Shown in pieces: positions 34,400 through 46,086 of a stretch of 64,000 nt of DNA. The number at the start of each line of letters is the position of its first letter. The stretch's first letter is position 1. The stretch is from assembly GCA_004431415.1 (NCBI GenBank), contig QPMI01000651.1:62001-126000 (forward strand). Reading direction: 5' to 3'. The translations under genes were made by a program, and so were the position numbers. The notes beneath the pieces were generated by a model. The model searched no databases, was not told the origin of the DNA, and saw only the letters and a list, made by a program, of their open reading frames with translations. The stretch comes from Cyanophora paradoxa CCMP329 (lineage: Eukaryota > Plantae > Glaucophyta).

Positions 34400-37300
34400 G
34401 CCTAGGGGCGGGTCTGGGGGTACTTCAAGCGCGACCGCGACTTCTCGCATAGACCCGGAGCTGCTGCCACGGTGAGGAGGCCGCCGGCTCACGTCCCCCT
34501 GGGGGAAGCAGGCCGAGGCCAGGGGGGCCCCTCGGGGGCGGGGACGGCGCCCCAGCCGCGGCGGGGCCCGCGGAGGTGCTGGTTGGCGGGGGCGACCGTC
34601 ACCAAGCAGTCCCCTTGAATACCTCCGGGGCTTCGAAGATCTTGTCCGGGGCCGCAGCTGGGCCGGGCGCCCCCACCGCTGGCGCTGGCTCGGGGGGCGC
34701 GCCGAGGGGCGGCCAGGAGGCGGGATGGGCGGGGGAGGGGTAGAGGGTGTGGGATGGGGCCCCCGGGAGGGCGGGGCGGGGTGGCGGCGTGGGGCACGAG
34801 GGGGCCGGGAGCTGCTGGCTCGCGGGGGCGGGCGCCACCGAGCAGTCCGCCTTGAACACCTCGGGGCCTTCGAAGATCTCATCCGCGGGTGCAGGCGGGC
34901 CGGACCCCGCCTCCGCTCGCGCCGTCTCGGAGGGCTCGCCCAGGGGCGGCCCGTGGCGCGGGCTCGGTGCGGACGGGGCGGGAGGGGCGGGAGGGTACGG
35001 GTACACGTAGACGGGGCGCACAGCGAGCTCTGGAAGCGCGGGGCCCGGGGCCGCGAAGAGGGGGAGATCGAGGGCGGGGAAGTTGAGGGAAAAGGGGCGG
35101 GCGGGGGCGGGGCCGGCTCGCCGCGCGGCGCCCTGCGGGCCCTGCGGGCGGGCCTGCCGGTCCCGCCCTCGAGCCCGGGGGGATTGAGCTCCGCCGCGGG
35201 CCCGGTCGCGGCCCCGGCCTCGGGGAGGGCGGACGGCCCGGCGGACTCCCCTTCGAGGTCGGCGCGGCGGCGGCGGGCGCGGGCCTTGGGCCCGGCGGCG
35301 GCGGCGGCGGCGGCGGCGGCCGGAGGCGGCGGAGAAGGCGAGCGGGCGGCGGGGGGCGTGGAGGGGCGACTGGAGAGGGCGGGGACAGGCGGGGAGTCCG
35401 CAGGGGAGCCCAAAGACGACGAGGAGGGGGCGCGGCTGGAGGGGGTACGGCGGCGCCGGAGACGTAGAGGCGCTCGAGGTGCACTGAGAGGTCCATCGAG
35501 GCCCGCACCGCCTCCCCGAACTAGGGGGGGGGGGGGGTACGCGTGTCAGGCGGCGGGGTGGGTGGGCGGGGGGGGGGGGGGGGGGAAGGGGGGGGGGCGG
35601 GGGGGCGGCGGCGGGGCGCGACAGCGCGGACGAACCAGGGTGGCCTTGAAGGGGTCGGGAGCCGTGCGGAAGTCCTCCTCGATCATCTACCCCCCGAGAC
35701 CCGGGCCCGGGTCGGCACGAGCTCGCGGGGGGGTACGAGTGGGCGGGCGTGGGGGGTACCTGGGCGGAGAGGGCGAGGGGGCCGTCGGGCGAGTCTAGAC
35801 CCGAAGAAGTCCAGTCCCCTGGGATGACACCGGACGGGACGGGCGCGAGGCCGGCCGCCGGCGCCGGCGGTCGCCGCTCCGGAGGCTTGCCCTGCGCGGG
35901 GCCCTCAGAGGGCGGCGCGGAGGGGTAGAGCCTGGGAGGGGGAAGCGGCGGCGCGCCTCGAGGCCCATGAGCCCCCAGAAGAGCTCGTTGGGGCACGCCC
36001 GGTTCGCCTCGTCGCCGGCGCTGGCCGCGGCGGAGGCGGCCGGGCGGCACGAGAGGACGACGAAGGGCGAGGCGTCCGGGCCCTCGAGCGAGGTGCCCAG
36101 GCCGGCGCCGAGGCCGGCCGGGGCCGAAGCGCTGCCCGAGGCGAAGGAGCGGGGGCGGAAGCCAGCGGCCTTTGGGGCGCGCCCCGCCCCGCCGGCCGCC
36201 GCCAGGTCCGAGAGGATGACCCGCTGGAAGCCGAACTGCGCGGGGACGGGCGTCGGGGCCGGGCACGGGAGCCCGGTTCGGCTCGCCGCCCGGGGCGGGG
36301 CGGGGCGGGCGGACGATGTTGAGGGCGGTGGAACGGGCGAAGATCTGCCGGACGATAGAGGGCGCGAAGAAGCGCACGATCGGCAGCGTCGCCTGCAGCC
36401 TCTAAAGCTTCAGGCCGGAGGAGCCAGGCCCGTAAGGGCCCCCATGCACGTGTACGTGCACCCCGCGCACCTTCTCCTGCCAGCTGTAGGTGAGGCGGCA
36501 GCCGCTGGGCGTGGGCCGGACGTGCCAGTAAGAGAGCGCGAACGACTTCTCCAGAAAACGCCGCGTCGACCTGCCGCCAGACCCCCGCGGCGCTCAGGAT
36601 GCGGCGGGACGGAGGCCTAGGCCGGCGTCTCTGTCCATGGGCAGCGGGCGCGGGGGCACCAGACGCCGTCGGCGCGGCGGTCGATGGCGACCTTCACCGC
36701 GAGGCAGGAGCCGTCGCGCAGCCGCCGGTTCGCGAAGCACACGACCGTGTTCACCCGCCACGCTGCGCGCCGCCGCGCGGGGCGAGGGGTGCGCGGTCGG
36801 CGGGGCCGGTCGCGCGGAGAGCGGGCGGGGGCGAGTCGGGAGGACGGAGGCCTAGGGCGCACAGTAAATGAGCTGCTGGTGGTCGAAGACGATGACGGCG
36901 CCCATCCCGTCTGCCGCCCGCCCCCGCTCGCCCTCGCCCCGCCAGCGGCGACCGCGGGCGGGGGCGCGCGGGGGCGGGGGCGGGGGCGGACCGGGGTCAC
37001 TGGGGTCGGGGTTCTTCAGCCGGGCGATCTCCTCCTGGCTCTTCGTATACGCGTTCACCTGAGGCAGCGACCGGCGCCGTGAGCGCTGGCAAGGAGGCGC
37101 ACGTGTACAGGCGGCCGGGGGGCACCTCGCAGGCGCGGGACTGGGCGACAACGCTCCGCACGGCGAAGTGGAGCGGGACGTCCAGGTCCAGGCCCCCGCG
37201 GTAGACCGTCAGCGCCGGCGCCCGCTCCACCTCCCTGCGCGCCCGCCCGCCCCGCGCCCCGCTCGCACCGGTGCCGCGGCTGACCGCGACCCGTAACCGA

Positions 37301-37640
37301 TATCGCGCAACCGCGACCGCTCGCTCGCGCACCTCGCCTCGACGACCAGATCGCCGTACTCCACGACCGCCTTCCACTCTGCAGGCGCGTCTGCGGTCGG
37401 CGCGCGCGTGGCGGTACCGGTGCGCGTGAGGCTAAAGCTTGGATCGATCGATATCGCGAGCTACAGCTGCAGGGGTGGGAGAGGCAGGGCTACGGATATA
37501 TAGCTGGCTACGCACAGAGCTGGTCCAGCACTCGTTCGAAGACCTGTGAGGAGGATGCGCGCGTGAGCGGACGCTTAGAGCGCGCAGGGACCCCACGTCC
37601 ACGCGCCTCGTTGAGGTGCTCCAGGTCGTAAGGCTCCATG
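34400..37640 (-). CDS. Hypothetical multi-exon protein with Pro-rich C-terminus (boundaries uncertain)
   Basis: Splice-bounded, codon-biased exons: EWKAVVEYGDLVVE; PALTVYRGGLDLDVPLHFAVRSVV; VNAYTKSQEEIARLKNPDP; GMGAVIVFDHQQLIY; WRVNTVVCFANRRLRDGSCLAVKVAIDR; FGFQRVILSDL; VRASMDLSVHLERLYVSG. No family recognised. Confidence 0.55.
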
Positions 37641-38224
37641 CCGGCGCCGCCGCGCGCGTCGCCGCGCGCGCGCGGCTAGGCTGCAGCTGATGCTGCCTCG
37701 CAGGCTCGCTGCCTCGCTCCGATCCGTTGCTCTCGCTGACTGTCACGCGTGCGCCGTGATCATGACGTGCTGCCAGGCTGGCGATATATATCGATGGTCA
37801 CCAGTTCTGCTGGTACCGGTCACTGTGGTCAGCTGCAGGCTCACAGCGAGAATCATTTCGGGTACGATTTCGGCGAATGCCGAAATGAGCTATCCCCCGC
37901 CGAAATCAGCTCCAGATAGCAGGCGCCGTCGGACATAGAAGCGGAGGCGTAGGAGGCGAGGCGTAGCGACAGCTATGTTCTGGAAGCAGTTTCAACGGTG
38001 TCTGTGCCCTCGCGCACCGGCACCAGTGGCGCGAGTACGATCGCCCTACAACGTGTCGCTCCGCGCAAGCTAGCCCGTCAGAAGACATGCAAAAGCTTCG
38101 GAGAAGTGCTTTCGTCCTAGCCTAGCCGCGCGCGCTCGTGATACTGCGGTAGTTGCTCACTGGAGCCGATGGCCTACAGCTGCAGCTGTATAGCGCGTTA
38201 TCTAGGCACATCATGCCCCGCTCG

Positions 38225-38975
38225 CCCCGCCCTGCCGCTGCGCGCCCCGCCTCGCCGACGGGGCTGAGGCCAGGTCCGCGCCGCCCCCGCCGCCTTCCCG
38301 CCCGCCGCGAGCTGCGCTGACGCCCGCGCACAGGCCGGATCGCGCCCCGCGCCGGCCCCTGCCCGCCCCGCCCCGCCGCGGCGCGCCCCGCCTCGCCGAC
38401 GGGCTGAGGCCAGGTCCGCGCCGCCCCCGCCGCCTCCCCGCCCGCCGCGAGCCGCACTGACGCCGCGCACAGGCCGGATCGCGCCCCGCGCCGGCCCCTG
38501 CCCGCCCCGCCCCGCCGCGGCGCGCCCCGCCTCGCCGACGGTGCTGAGGCCAGGTCCGCGCCGCCCCCGCCGCCTCCCCGCCCGCCGCGAGCCGCGCTGA
38601 CGCCCGCGCACAGGCCGGATCGCGCCCCGCGCCGGCCCCTGCCCGCCCCGCCCCGCCACGGCGCGCCCCGCCTCGCCGACGGGGCTGAGGCCAGGTTCGC
38701 GCCGCCCCCGCCGCCTCCCCGCCCACCGCGAGCCGCGCTGACGCCTGCGCACAGGCCGGATCGCGCCCCGCGCCGGCCCCTGCCCGCCCCGCCCCGCCGC
38801 GGCGTGCCCCGCCTCGCCGACGGGGCTGAGGCCAGGTCCGCGCCGCCCCCGCCGCCTCCCCGCCCGCCGCGAGCCGCGCTGACGCCCGCACACAGGCCGG
38901 ATCGCGCCCCGCGCCGGCCCCTGCCCGCCCCGCCCCGCCGCGGCGCGCCCCGCCTCGCCGACGGGGCTGAGGCTG
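38225..38975. repeat. GC-rich tandem repeat, ~141-bp unit, ~5.3 copies
   Basis: ctcgccgacgg(g/t)gctgaggc recurs at ~38251, 38392, 38531, 38672, 38813 and 38953. Confidence 0.95.
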
Positions 38976-39984
38976 ACGCCGACGGAGCCCTCGGTGGTCT
39001 CCCTGCGTTCCGCGTTCCGCGGTCCCTCTGGCACCAGGTACGCGCGCGCCTCAGGCTGCGCCACGTTAGCTAGCAATGCTTGCTAGCAAGCGCGCCAGGC
39101 CGGTCCATCCTATAGCTTCCCGTCCCGCGCTGAGCTTTAGGCACCGCGCCTTGCCTTGACTTCGCGCGTGCAGGCGCCTGGCGGCACCGCGGCACGCGCA
39201 ACGAGGCGCCGCGGATGTAGTGGAGCACGTGGAGCGGCGCCGGCGGCTGGGACAAGTGGGCGATGGCGCTACGCGGATGGCGCTGCGAGCTAGCTAAGAG
39301 TTGGTCAACGAGGCGCGATGTAGCTGTAGCTAGCTAGCTAGCGAGACCATAGGCATCTGATAGCTAGCTAGCTAGCTAGAGAGTGAGTGCAATCGAGATT
39401 GGCTGCTCGCTGGTGGGCGCGCGGCGCGGGCGCACGGGTGCTCCGGTCACAGGCCTGCGAGATAAGCTTAAATAAGCTTAGCTGCCTGCCGAGATGAGCT
39501 TAAATGGTATTTCGGGCTCATTCTTGCATTGGACTTTCGCAAAGATGCTATCTCGGGTTTTACTCGAGCTCAACCCGAGCTGATTCTTGCTGTGGGCTGC
39601 GCTACCGCTGCCTACAGCTACGCGTACGCCGCCTACACGCGGCGCTGAAGAAGCGCGTGGATCACGGTGGATGGACTCCGGGAGCTGCTAGCTGCGCCGC
39701 TGCATGCTCAGCTGCATCATCAGCCTGCATGTCGCTCAGCCTCAGCGACCAGTATATACGTACCCGTCGGCGGGGGGCGAATCGACCAAAAGGCAACATC
39801 GATCGATCGATCGCGATATCGATATCGATCGCGATCATGTCGTTCCCGACCGTGAACGGGCGCCGCGTCGACGTCTTTTGTTCGAATATTCCGAATATTA
39901 ATCATTCCCGATCCTTCGAATTCATGATGCTTCGAATTCAGCTCGATATCGACTCGGCGAGGAGCCCCTCAGGCTGGGCCTCAG

Positions 39985-40500
39985 CCCCTCCAAGTTGCTC
40001 CAACTTGAAGGCTCCAAGTTGGGCTCCAAGCCTCCAACTACCGTACTACTAGTAGTAGTACTTGGCAACTCAGTGACTGGGCCAACTGAGTCCGGACTCC
40101 GGATCCGGAGGCTCCAGCCTCCAACCTGCTCCAAGTCCCGGAGTCCTTCGCCGGACCTTCAAGGCTTCGGTTGCGACAAGTTGCGCCGACAACTTGCGAC
40201 TCTCTAAGTTGCGAGTCCTCCGGGACTCCTCCCTCCAACTTGCTCCAAGTTCCGGATCCGGATCCGGACGTACCCCCCCCGGCTGGGGCCGGCTCGCTCC
40301 CCGCCGAATTCGAATTCCTCCCGGGTCCGGCATCCTCGGATCATCATGGCATCCTCCCCCGCGGCGGGCCCCGCCGCGGCCCGCGGGCCGCCGGCCCCGG
40401 CGCCCCGCGGCCCCCGCGGCCGCCCCGCGGCCGGCCCCGCGGCCGCAGTGTGCGTTCAACTGCCAGGCTGCGTTGCCGAGTTGGAGACTTGAAGTCATTA
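39985..40500. repeat. Low-complexity CTCCAA(G/C)TT / AAGTTG stutter region
   Basis: ctccaagttgctccaacttgaaggctccaagttgggctccaagcctccaact and related motifs continuing to ~40490. Confidence 0.6.
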
Positions 40501-40573
40501 TTGCAATAAAGGGTCTGAAATTACTCTGAATGCACAGCCGAAATCATTGAATGGTTTTATGATTAGTCGGCGA

Positions 40574-43500
40574 TCACGCCAAGCTTAAGTCGGCGAGGCG
40601 GGCGAGGAGGCCCCGCACGGCCCCCGCGTCCCGCAGCCGCAGCGCCCCGGCCCCGGCCCCGGGCCCCTGCGCGCGCCCCGCCGGTCCCACCTGCGCAGAG
40701 GGGGAGCGAGCGCCTCGGCCACGGAAAGGGCCGGAGCGGCGGGGGGGCGGGGCACCTGGCAGGGAAGTGGGGCACGCCGGCGGCGGCGGCCCACTCGGCG
40801 GCCGCCGCCTCCACCTCCGCCCACTCCGCCCCGCCCCCGACGCTCACCACCGCCCGCACCTGCCGCCCCCGCTAAGGAGAAGGAAACGGGCGCCGGGGCG
40901 GGCGGGGATCCGGTCCCGGATCCGGTGGCGGGGGCGGGGGCGCACGCCGGGGCCCTCGCGGAGGTCGGCGAGGAGGGCGCGGACAGCGGCCGCCTCCGAC
41001 GCCCCCCGCGCCTTCACCGTCACCGCCGCCCGCTCCGACCGCACCTGAGGGAGGGAGAACGGTCGCCCGCGGGCGGGGGCGGGGGCGGGGCGGGGGTACG
41101 GCGCACGACGTCGGCGTGGGCGTTGGCGAGGGTCGCCCCCAGCACGTCCGCCGCCTCCGCCGCCTGCCGAGGGGCGTCGCGCGGGCGGGCCGGAGAGCGG
41201 GGCAAGGAAAGCGCGGGTAGGGGGCGGACCTGCCAGGCCCCGAAGTCCGAGTCGGCCGCCCTGGCGCGGGACGGGGCGGGGCAGGTCAGCCTGGCAGGAA
41301 ACGAGGGGGATCCCGGAGGAGGAGGGGCCAGGGAGGGCGGGCACCCGTATCGCCAGACCAGCGCCGCGTCCTGGACCTGCGCGAGCGGACGAGGGCGCGG
41401 GCGGGTGCAGCGTTAAGGGCGGAGAAGGGGGAGCCGGAGCGGGCGGGCGGGGCGGGCGGGCCTCGAGGGAGGAGCCCGGGGTGCGCTCGGCGTAGGTCTG
41501 TAGGATGGCTGCCGCGGGGCCCATCCACGCCTGCCGCGCCGCCCCCGCGGGGGGGCCCACCTCCCGCCACCCGCTCCCCCGCCCGGGGCCCTGCGCAAGC
41601 ACCGAGTGAGAGGGCGAGGCGGGGCGGGGGGCGGGGCGGGGCGGGCCTTGACGCGGGAGCCGTGCTCGGCGACGAGGGCGGCGCCCGTCTCGCCGAGCCA
41701 CGCCTCCAGCAGCCGAGCCGGCCTCTCGCTGCTGCGCGCGCGGGGCTCAGGCGCGGCGGCGAGGCGCTGGGCGGGGGCCTGGCGGGCGGGCCTGCAGACG
41801 AGGAGGGGGACGCCGCGGGCGGCGAGGGCGGCGAGGAGGCCCCGCAGCTCCCCGTCCGGCGCCGCCAGCTCCTCCACGTCCTGCGGGGCCCCGGGGCGGG
41901 ACGGGACGGGACGGGCGCTTCAGCTTTACTTTGCGTGGGCCGGGCCGGGGCGCGCCTGCGGGTCGACGAGGGCGCCGTCGTACTGCAGCAGCAGCGCCGG
42001 CTGCGGCTGCGGGGCCGGGGCGGCGGAGCCCGGGCGGCGGGGAGGGCGGCGGCGGCCGGCGGGGCGAAGGCGGCGAGGAGGCGGGCGAGGTCGGGGGCCC
42101 CGGAGCCGGCCCCGAACCCCGTGGCGGCCCCCGGGGCGCCCCCGCCGGGGCTCCCGAGCCGCCCCTCCGTTGGCTCCCTGCGAGGCGGAGCGGGGGCTCG
42201 AATCACCACTCGAGATTGAACGCGTGCGGAGGAGGGCGGGGCGCACGGGGCGAGGATGGCCTCGATCTGGGAGCGCGCCCAGCGGTCCGCCGTGTGCGAG
42301 AGGATGTGGCCCCGCATCGCCGCCTGCATGCGCGCGCCCCGTCAACAAGCGAAGCAAACCGGCGGAGCGGGGCTGGGCGGGCGGTGCGGACGGCACGGCG
42401 GGCGCGCTCGGCGTCGGGCATCTCGAGCGCGGCCTCCAGCGCCCGCGCCGTCTGCGCACGCACGCGCGGCTCAGCCTCAGCCTCAGCCTTTGAAAGGCAC
42501 GCTCTAGATCTCTGCTTGCACACCCCCTCGGTGTCCCAGGGGTTGACGCGGAGGGCGTCGGCGAGGGACTTGGCCGCCCCCGCGAACTCCGAGACCACCA
42601 TCGCGGGGGGCGCCGAGCCGGCGGGCCGCCCTGCCCGACAAGCCGCCTCAGCGGAGGAGGGGCGGGGCCGAGTCGGGGCCGGGGCGGGGTCGGGGGCGGG
42701 GGCGGACGTGCGGAGGCGGCGAGGAGGAAGGCGTGCGGGGAGAGATTCATCCCTGCCGCCCCCGCCCCCGCCCCCGCCCCGCTGTCAGCGCCCGGGCCGA
42801 GGGCGCCTTATAGTTGGCGGGGGCTGGGGCGGGGGCGGGACCGTCGCGGAGGGGCGTGGCGAGGAAGACGTCCGCGTGCGCGAAGAGCGACGCCTGCGCC
42901 GCCGTCGGCCCGGCCCCGCCGACGGGTCGAGGCGGGGCAGCGGCGCGCGGGGCCGAGGCGGCACCTGCTCCTCCCGCGAGAGCGTCTGCGCCCGCGCGCG
43001 GGCCGGTGAGGCAGAGCCTGACGCGGAGCCGGGGCGATGGTGGGGGGTGGGGGGGGTACGGCCCCACCCGCTCGAGGTAGAGGATGGGGCTGAACTCGGG
43101 CGTCGCGCAGGCCCCGTTGATGCGCCCCACCTGCCGCCCGGCCGGGGCCGAGGCCGAGGCCTAGGCCTCAGGAGAGCAGGCGATCGAGATCTAGAGGCCT
43201 CGGGAGGAGGGGCGGGCCATCTCGGTGATCTGGCGGCGCAGTCGCGCGTAGCCGACGCTCCCCCCGTCCGACCCCGACGGCTCCGTCACCTAAGATCGAG
43301 CCGCCGCCGCCGCTGAGAGGCGGAGGAGCGCGGGGGCGGCTCGGGGGCGGGCAGGCGGGCCTGGACGAGGAGGACGCGGCCGCGCCACTTGCCGGCGTCC
43401 CGCAGCAGCATCGCCTCGAACGCCAGCAGCTGCCCCCGCCCCGCCCTCAGCGAGCCGGCGAGGGGCGAGGGGCTGGGGCGGAGAGGGCGCCGGCGCGCGC

Positions 43501-45930
43501 GCCTTGTGGGGGATCCCCTTGATGAAGTCGAGCTCGTCCCAGCCCACCACGATCTGAGCGCGGGGCGGGGTCGGGTCGCGATCGGGCCGAGCAGGGGGCC
43601 CGTGGCTCGGGGCAGCGGGCAGGGGCGGGCCTTGAGGTCGGGGCGGCGGCGGAGGAGGCCGGCGAGACCGCGCAGCTCGCACGCGGGCGCCGGCGAGGCG
43701 CGGGCCGGCGAGGCAGGGCCGGGCCCCTCCTCGTCCGCCTCCGCGTCCACCTGCCGGCACCGTGTCGGTGCGGAGCGGGGCGGGGCGCAGCGGAGGCGGG
43801 GCGGGGAGGGGCGGCACGGAGGAGTCGAGGGCGAAGACGGGGACGGAGGGCCCGATGCCGATGGGCGAGACCACCACCCGCGTCACCCGGTGCGCCCCTG
43901 CGGTCCGATCCGCACATGTAAGCGAGGGCGGACCGAGAGGCCGGGGCGGTGCACCGGAGAGGGAGTGGACGAGGCCCGGACAGCCGCCGGCGACGGCGCC
44001 CTCGACGCGCAGCAGCCGCGAGCACGCCGAGATGAAGTGCCGGCTGCCCCAAATCAAAGCTTAGCGGGGCTCAAGGGGAAAGGGGGCCTAGAAAGGGCGG
44101 GGAGGAGGGGGAGGGCGGGGACCTGTCGTCGTAGGTGTTGAAGGAGACGACGTTGGCGCCCAGCAGCCCCCGCAGCAGCTGCGAGGCCTGAGCGGGGCAG
44201 GGCGGCTGGAGCGGGGGGTGGGGGGGGGGGGGGGGGGGGGGGGGGGGGGCGGGCCTCGCAGCGGACGGGGCTCATGCGGAAGACCTCGAGGGAGGGGAAT
44301 GGGCTGTGCATGAAGATCCCGATCCGCGCCTGCGAACGAAGGCGTTGGGGGGGGAAGAGGCGGAGGAGGGGTACGGGGCGCACGGAGTCGCCGACGCGGC
44401 GGCGGAGGATCTCGGGGAGGAGGAAGAGGTGGTACCCGTGCGCCCTTCGAGGCCCCGGGCGTCAGGAGGGACGGGACGGGGCCCGGGGCGGGGGCGCGGG
44501 TACCAGACGATGTCGCCCTCTTCGTACACGTCCGCAATCGCGTTCGCCAGCTGCCGGCGGCCCCGCGGGGCCGAGTCAAGGGACGGACGCGGGGGCCGAG
44601 AGGGGGGGGGGAGGAGGGGGGAAGAGGCCACGCTCGCGATCGGCGGCCGGGGAGGGGGGGGGGGGAGAAGGAAGAAAGGGGGCCGGGGCCGGGGCGGCGC
44701 ACAGCGGTGTTCATCTCGACGTAGGACTGCCAGTGGCCGCGGTCGTAGAGGGAGCCCGAGGAGCCCTGCTGCAGAAGCTGGTGCAGCAGCGGCCACAGCA
44801 TCTGACGCGAAGGGGAGGCCGCCGTGAGCCGGCGAGGGGCGGGGCGGGGCGGGCGGGAGGAGCGCCGGCCCCGAGGGCGGGGCCGGAGATCTCTTAGATT
44901 TGATCCGAGGCGGACCTGCTTGCAGAAGACGCCGTAGGCGGAGGCCTGGAGCTCGGAGGAGACGAAGGCGGGGACGGCGCCGTGCTCGGCCCGGCAGCGC
45001 TCGGCCAGGGCGCGGCGCCGGGCGAGGGCCCCCGGGACGGCCTCCTGCGGGTCCACCGCCGTGCCCACGAAGACGCACTCGGCGGGGAGCATGCCCCGCA
45101 CGTCCATCAGCACCTGCTCCACCTGCGAGCGAAGAAAGATCAGATTGGATTCGAGAGGGCTTGATCTGAACGCACCGAGTCCATGGCGGTCTTGACGTGC
45201 TCGGCGCCGGGGGCGCTCAGGAAGGCCTGCGGCAGCCTGCGGGCCGGGGCGCCGCCGGCGGCGCGGCGCGGTGAGAGGAGGGGCTGGGGCGGGGGAGGCG
45301 CGTTGCTGCGCGGGCGGGCGGGCGGGCCTGTGCGTGACGACGATGATGCGGCCGGCCGGGAAGAGGCTGTGCGAGGTCGGCGAGCGCCTGAGGTCGGACA
45401 TCGGTCCTGCGCGCGGTTGCATGGTCGGACTCAGAATCCCGCGCAAAAGCGGCGTCCGCCAACGTCGGCGGCGCGCAAGCGCCGGGCGCGCCTGCGGCCG
45501 AACGGAGGCCGAGGTCGAGATCTAGAGCTCGAGGGCTCTGGGCGACGCCGTTCGACGAGGCGCGTGAGTCGCGACCCGCACGCAGCACAGCAAGATGCCT
45601 CTGCAGGTCGCTGATCATCTGCACCAGGCTTGCCTCCTCTGCGCGCGTCAGCGAGAGCGCGTCAGCGAATTCGAACGTACGCATATGCATGCGCGTCGCG
45701 CGCGCAGCTTCTCTGCGACGAAGCGAGCTGCGAGCTGCTGCGATGCCGGAATGCGCACCGAGGAAGAGATCCGCTGCGACGCCGGCGAGCGGGTCCTCGC
45801 CTTGCAGCTGCCCGACCGTGCCCATGCCCGCCGCGCCGGCCGCTCGGCCGTCCTGCTGCGCCGCGAAGGGCATTCCGTCGCGCAAGGCCGCGGCTGCTGA
45901 TGCGCGCTCGCCGTCCGCAGTCGCCGTCAT
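40574..45930 (-). CDS. Degenerate trehalose-6-phosphate synthase/phosphatase (GT20 + HAD) paralog, probable non-catalytic subunit
   Basis: Spliced motifs: FCKQMLWPLLH, GDIVWVHGYHLFLLPEILR, ARIGIFMHSPFPSLEVFR, LLRGLLGANVVSF, IVVGWDELDFIKGIPHKLLAFE, VGRING, ADVFLATPLRDGMNL, VVSEFAGAA.SL..ALRVNPWD, LLLQYDGAL, LVAEHG, YAERTPGSSLE, ADSDFGAWQ. Predicted stop TGA at 40574. Confidence 0.88.
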
Positions 45931-46086
45931 GCGCGTGGCAAGCTCGATGCACGAGAAAATTCGGCGTCAGCCTGGGGTACAGGGCATTGGAAGCTGCATC
46001 AGCGTTGAATAGGGAGCACGACTACGGGTACGTACACGCGCGAAGGAGAAGCCAGAACGTGGAACAGCGCGACGCCGATCTGCGAG
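45931..46086. promoter_or_regulatory. Putative bidirectional promoter between the two TPS-TPP genes
   Basis: Only ~156 bp separate the divergent predicted ATGs (45930 and 46087). Confidence 0.45.

Noticed and set aside
38122-39076. Minus-strand ORFs across the 141-bp repeat
   Set aside because: They are open only because the unit is GC-rich and a multiple of 3; the splice-like signals are on the + strand.
39504-40052. 182-aa ORF
   Set aside because: It translates low-complexity palindromic DNA and shows no coding bias.
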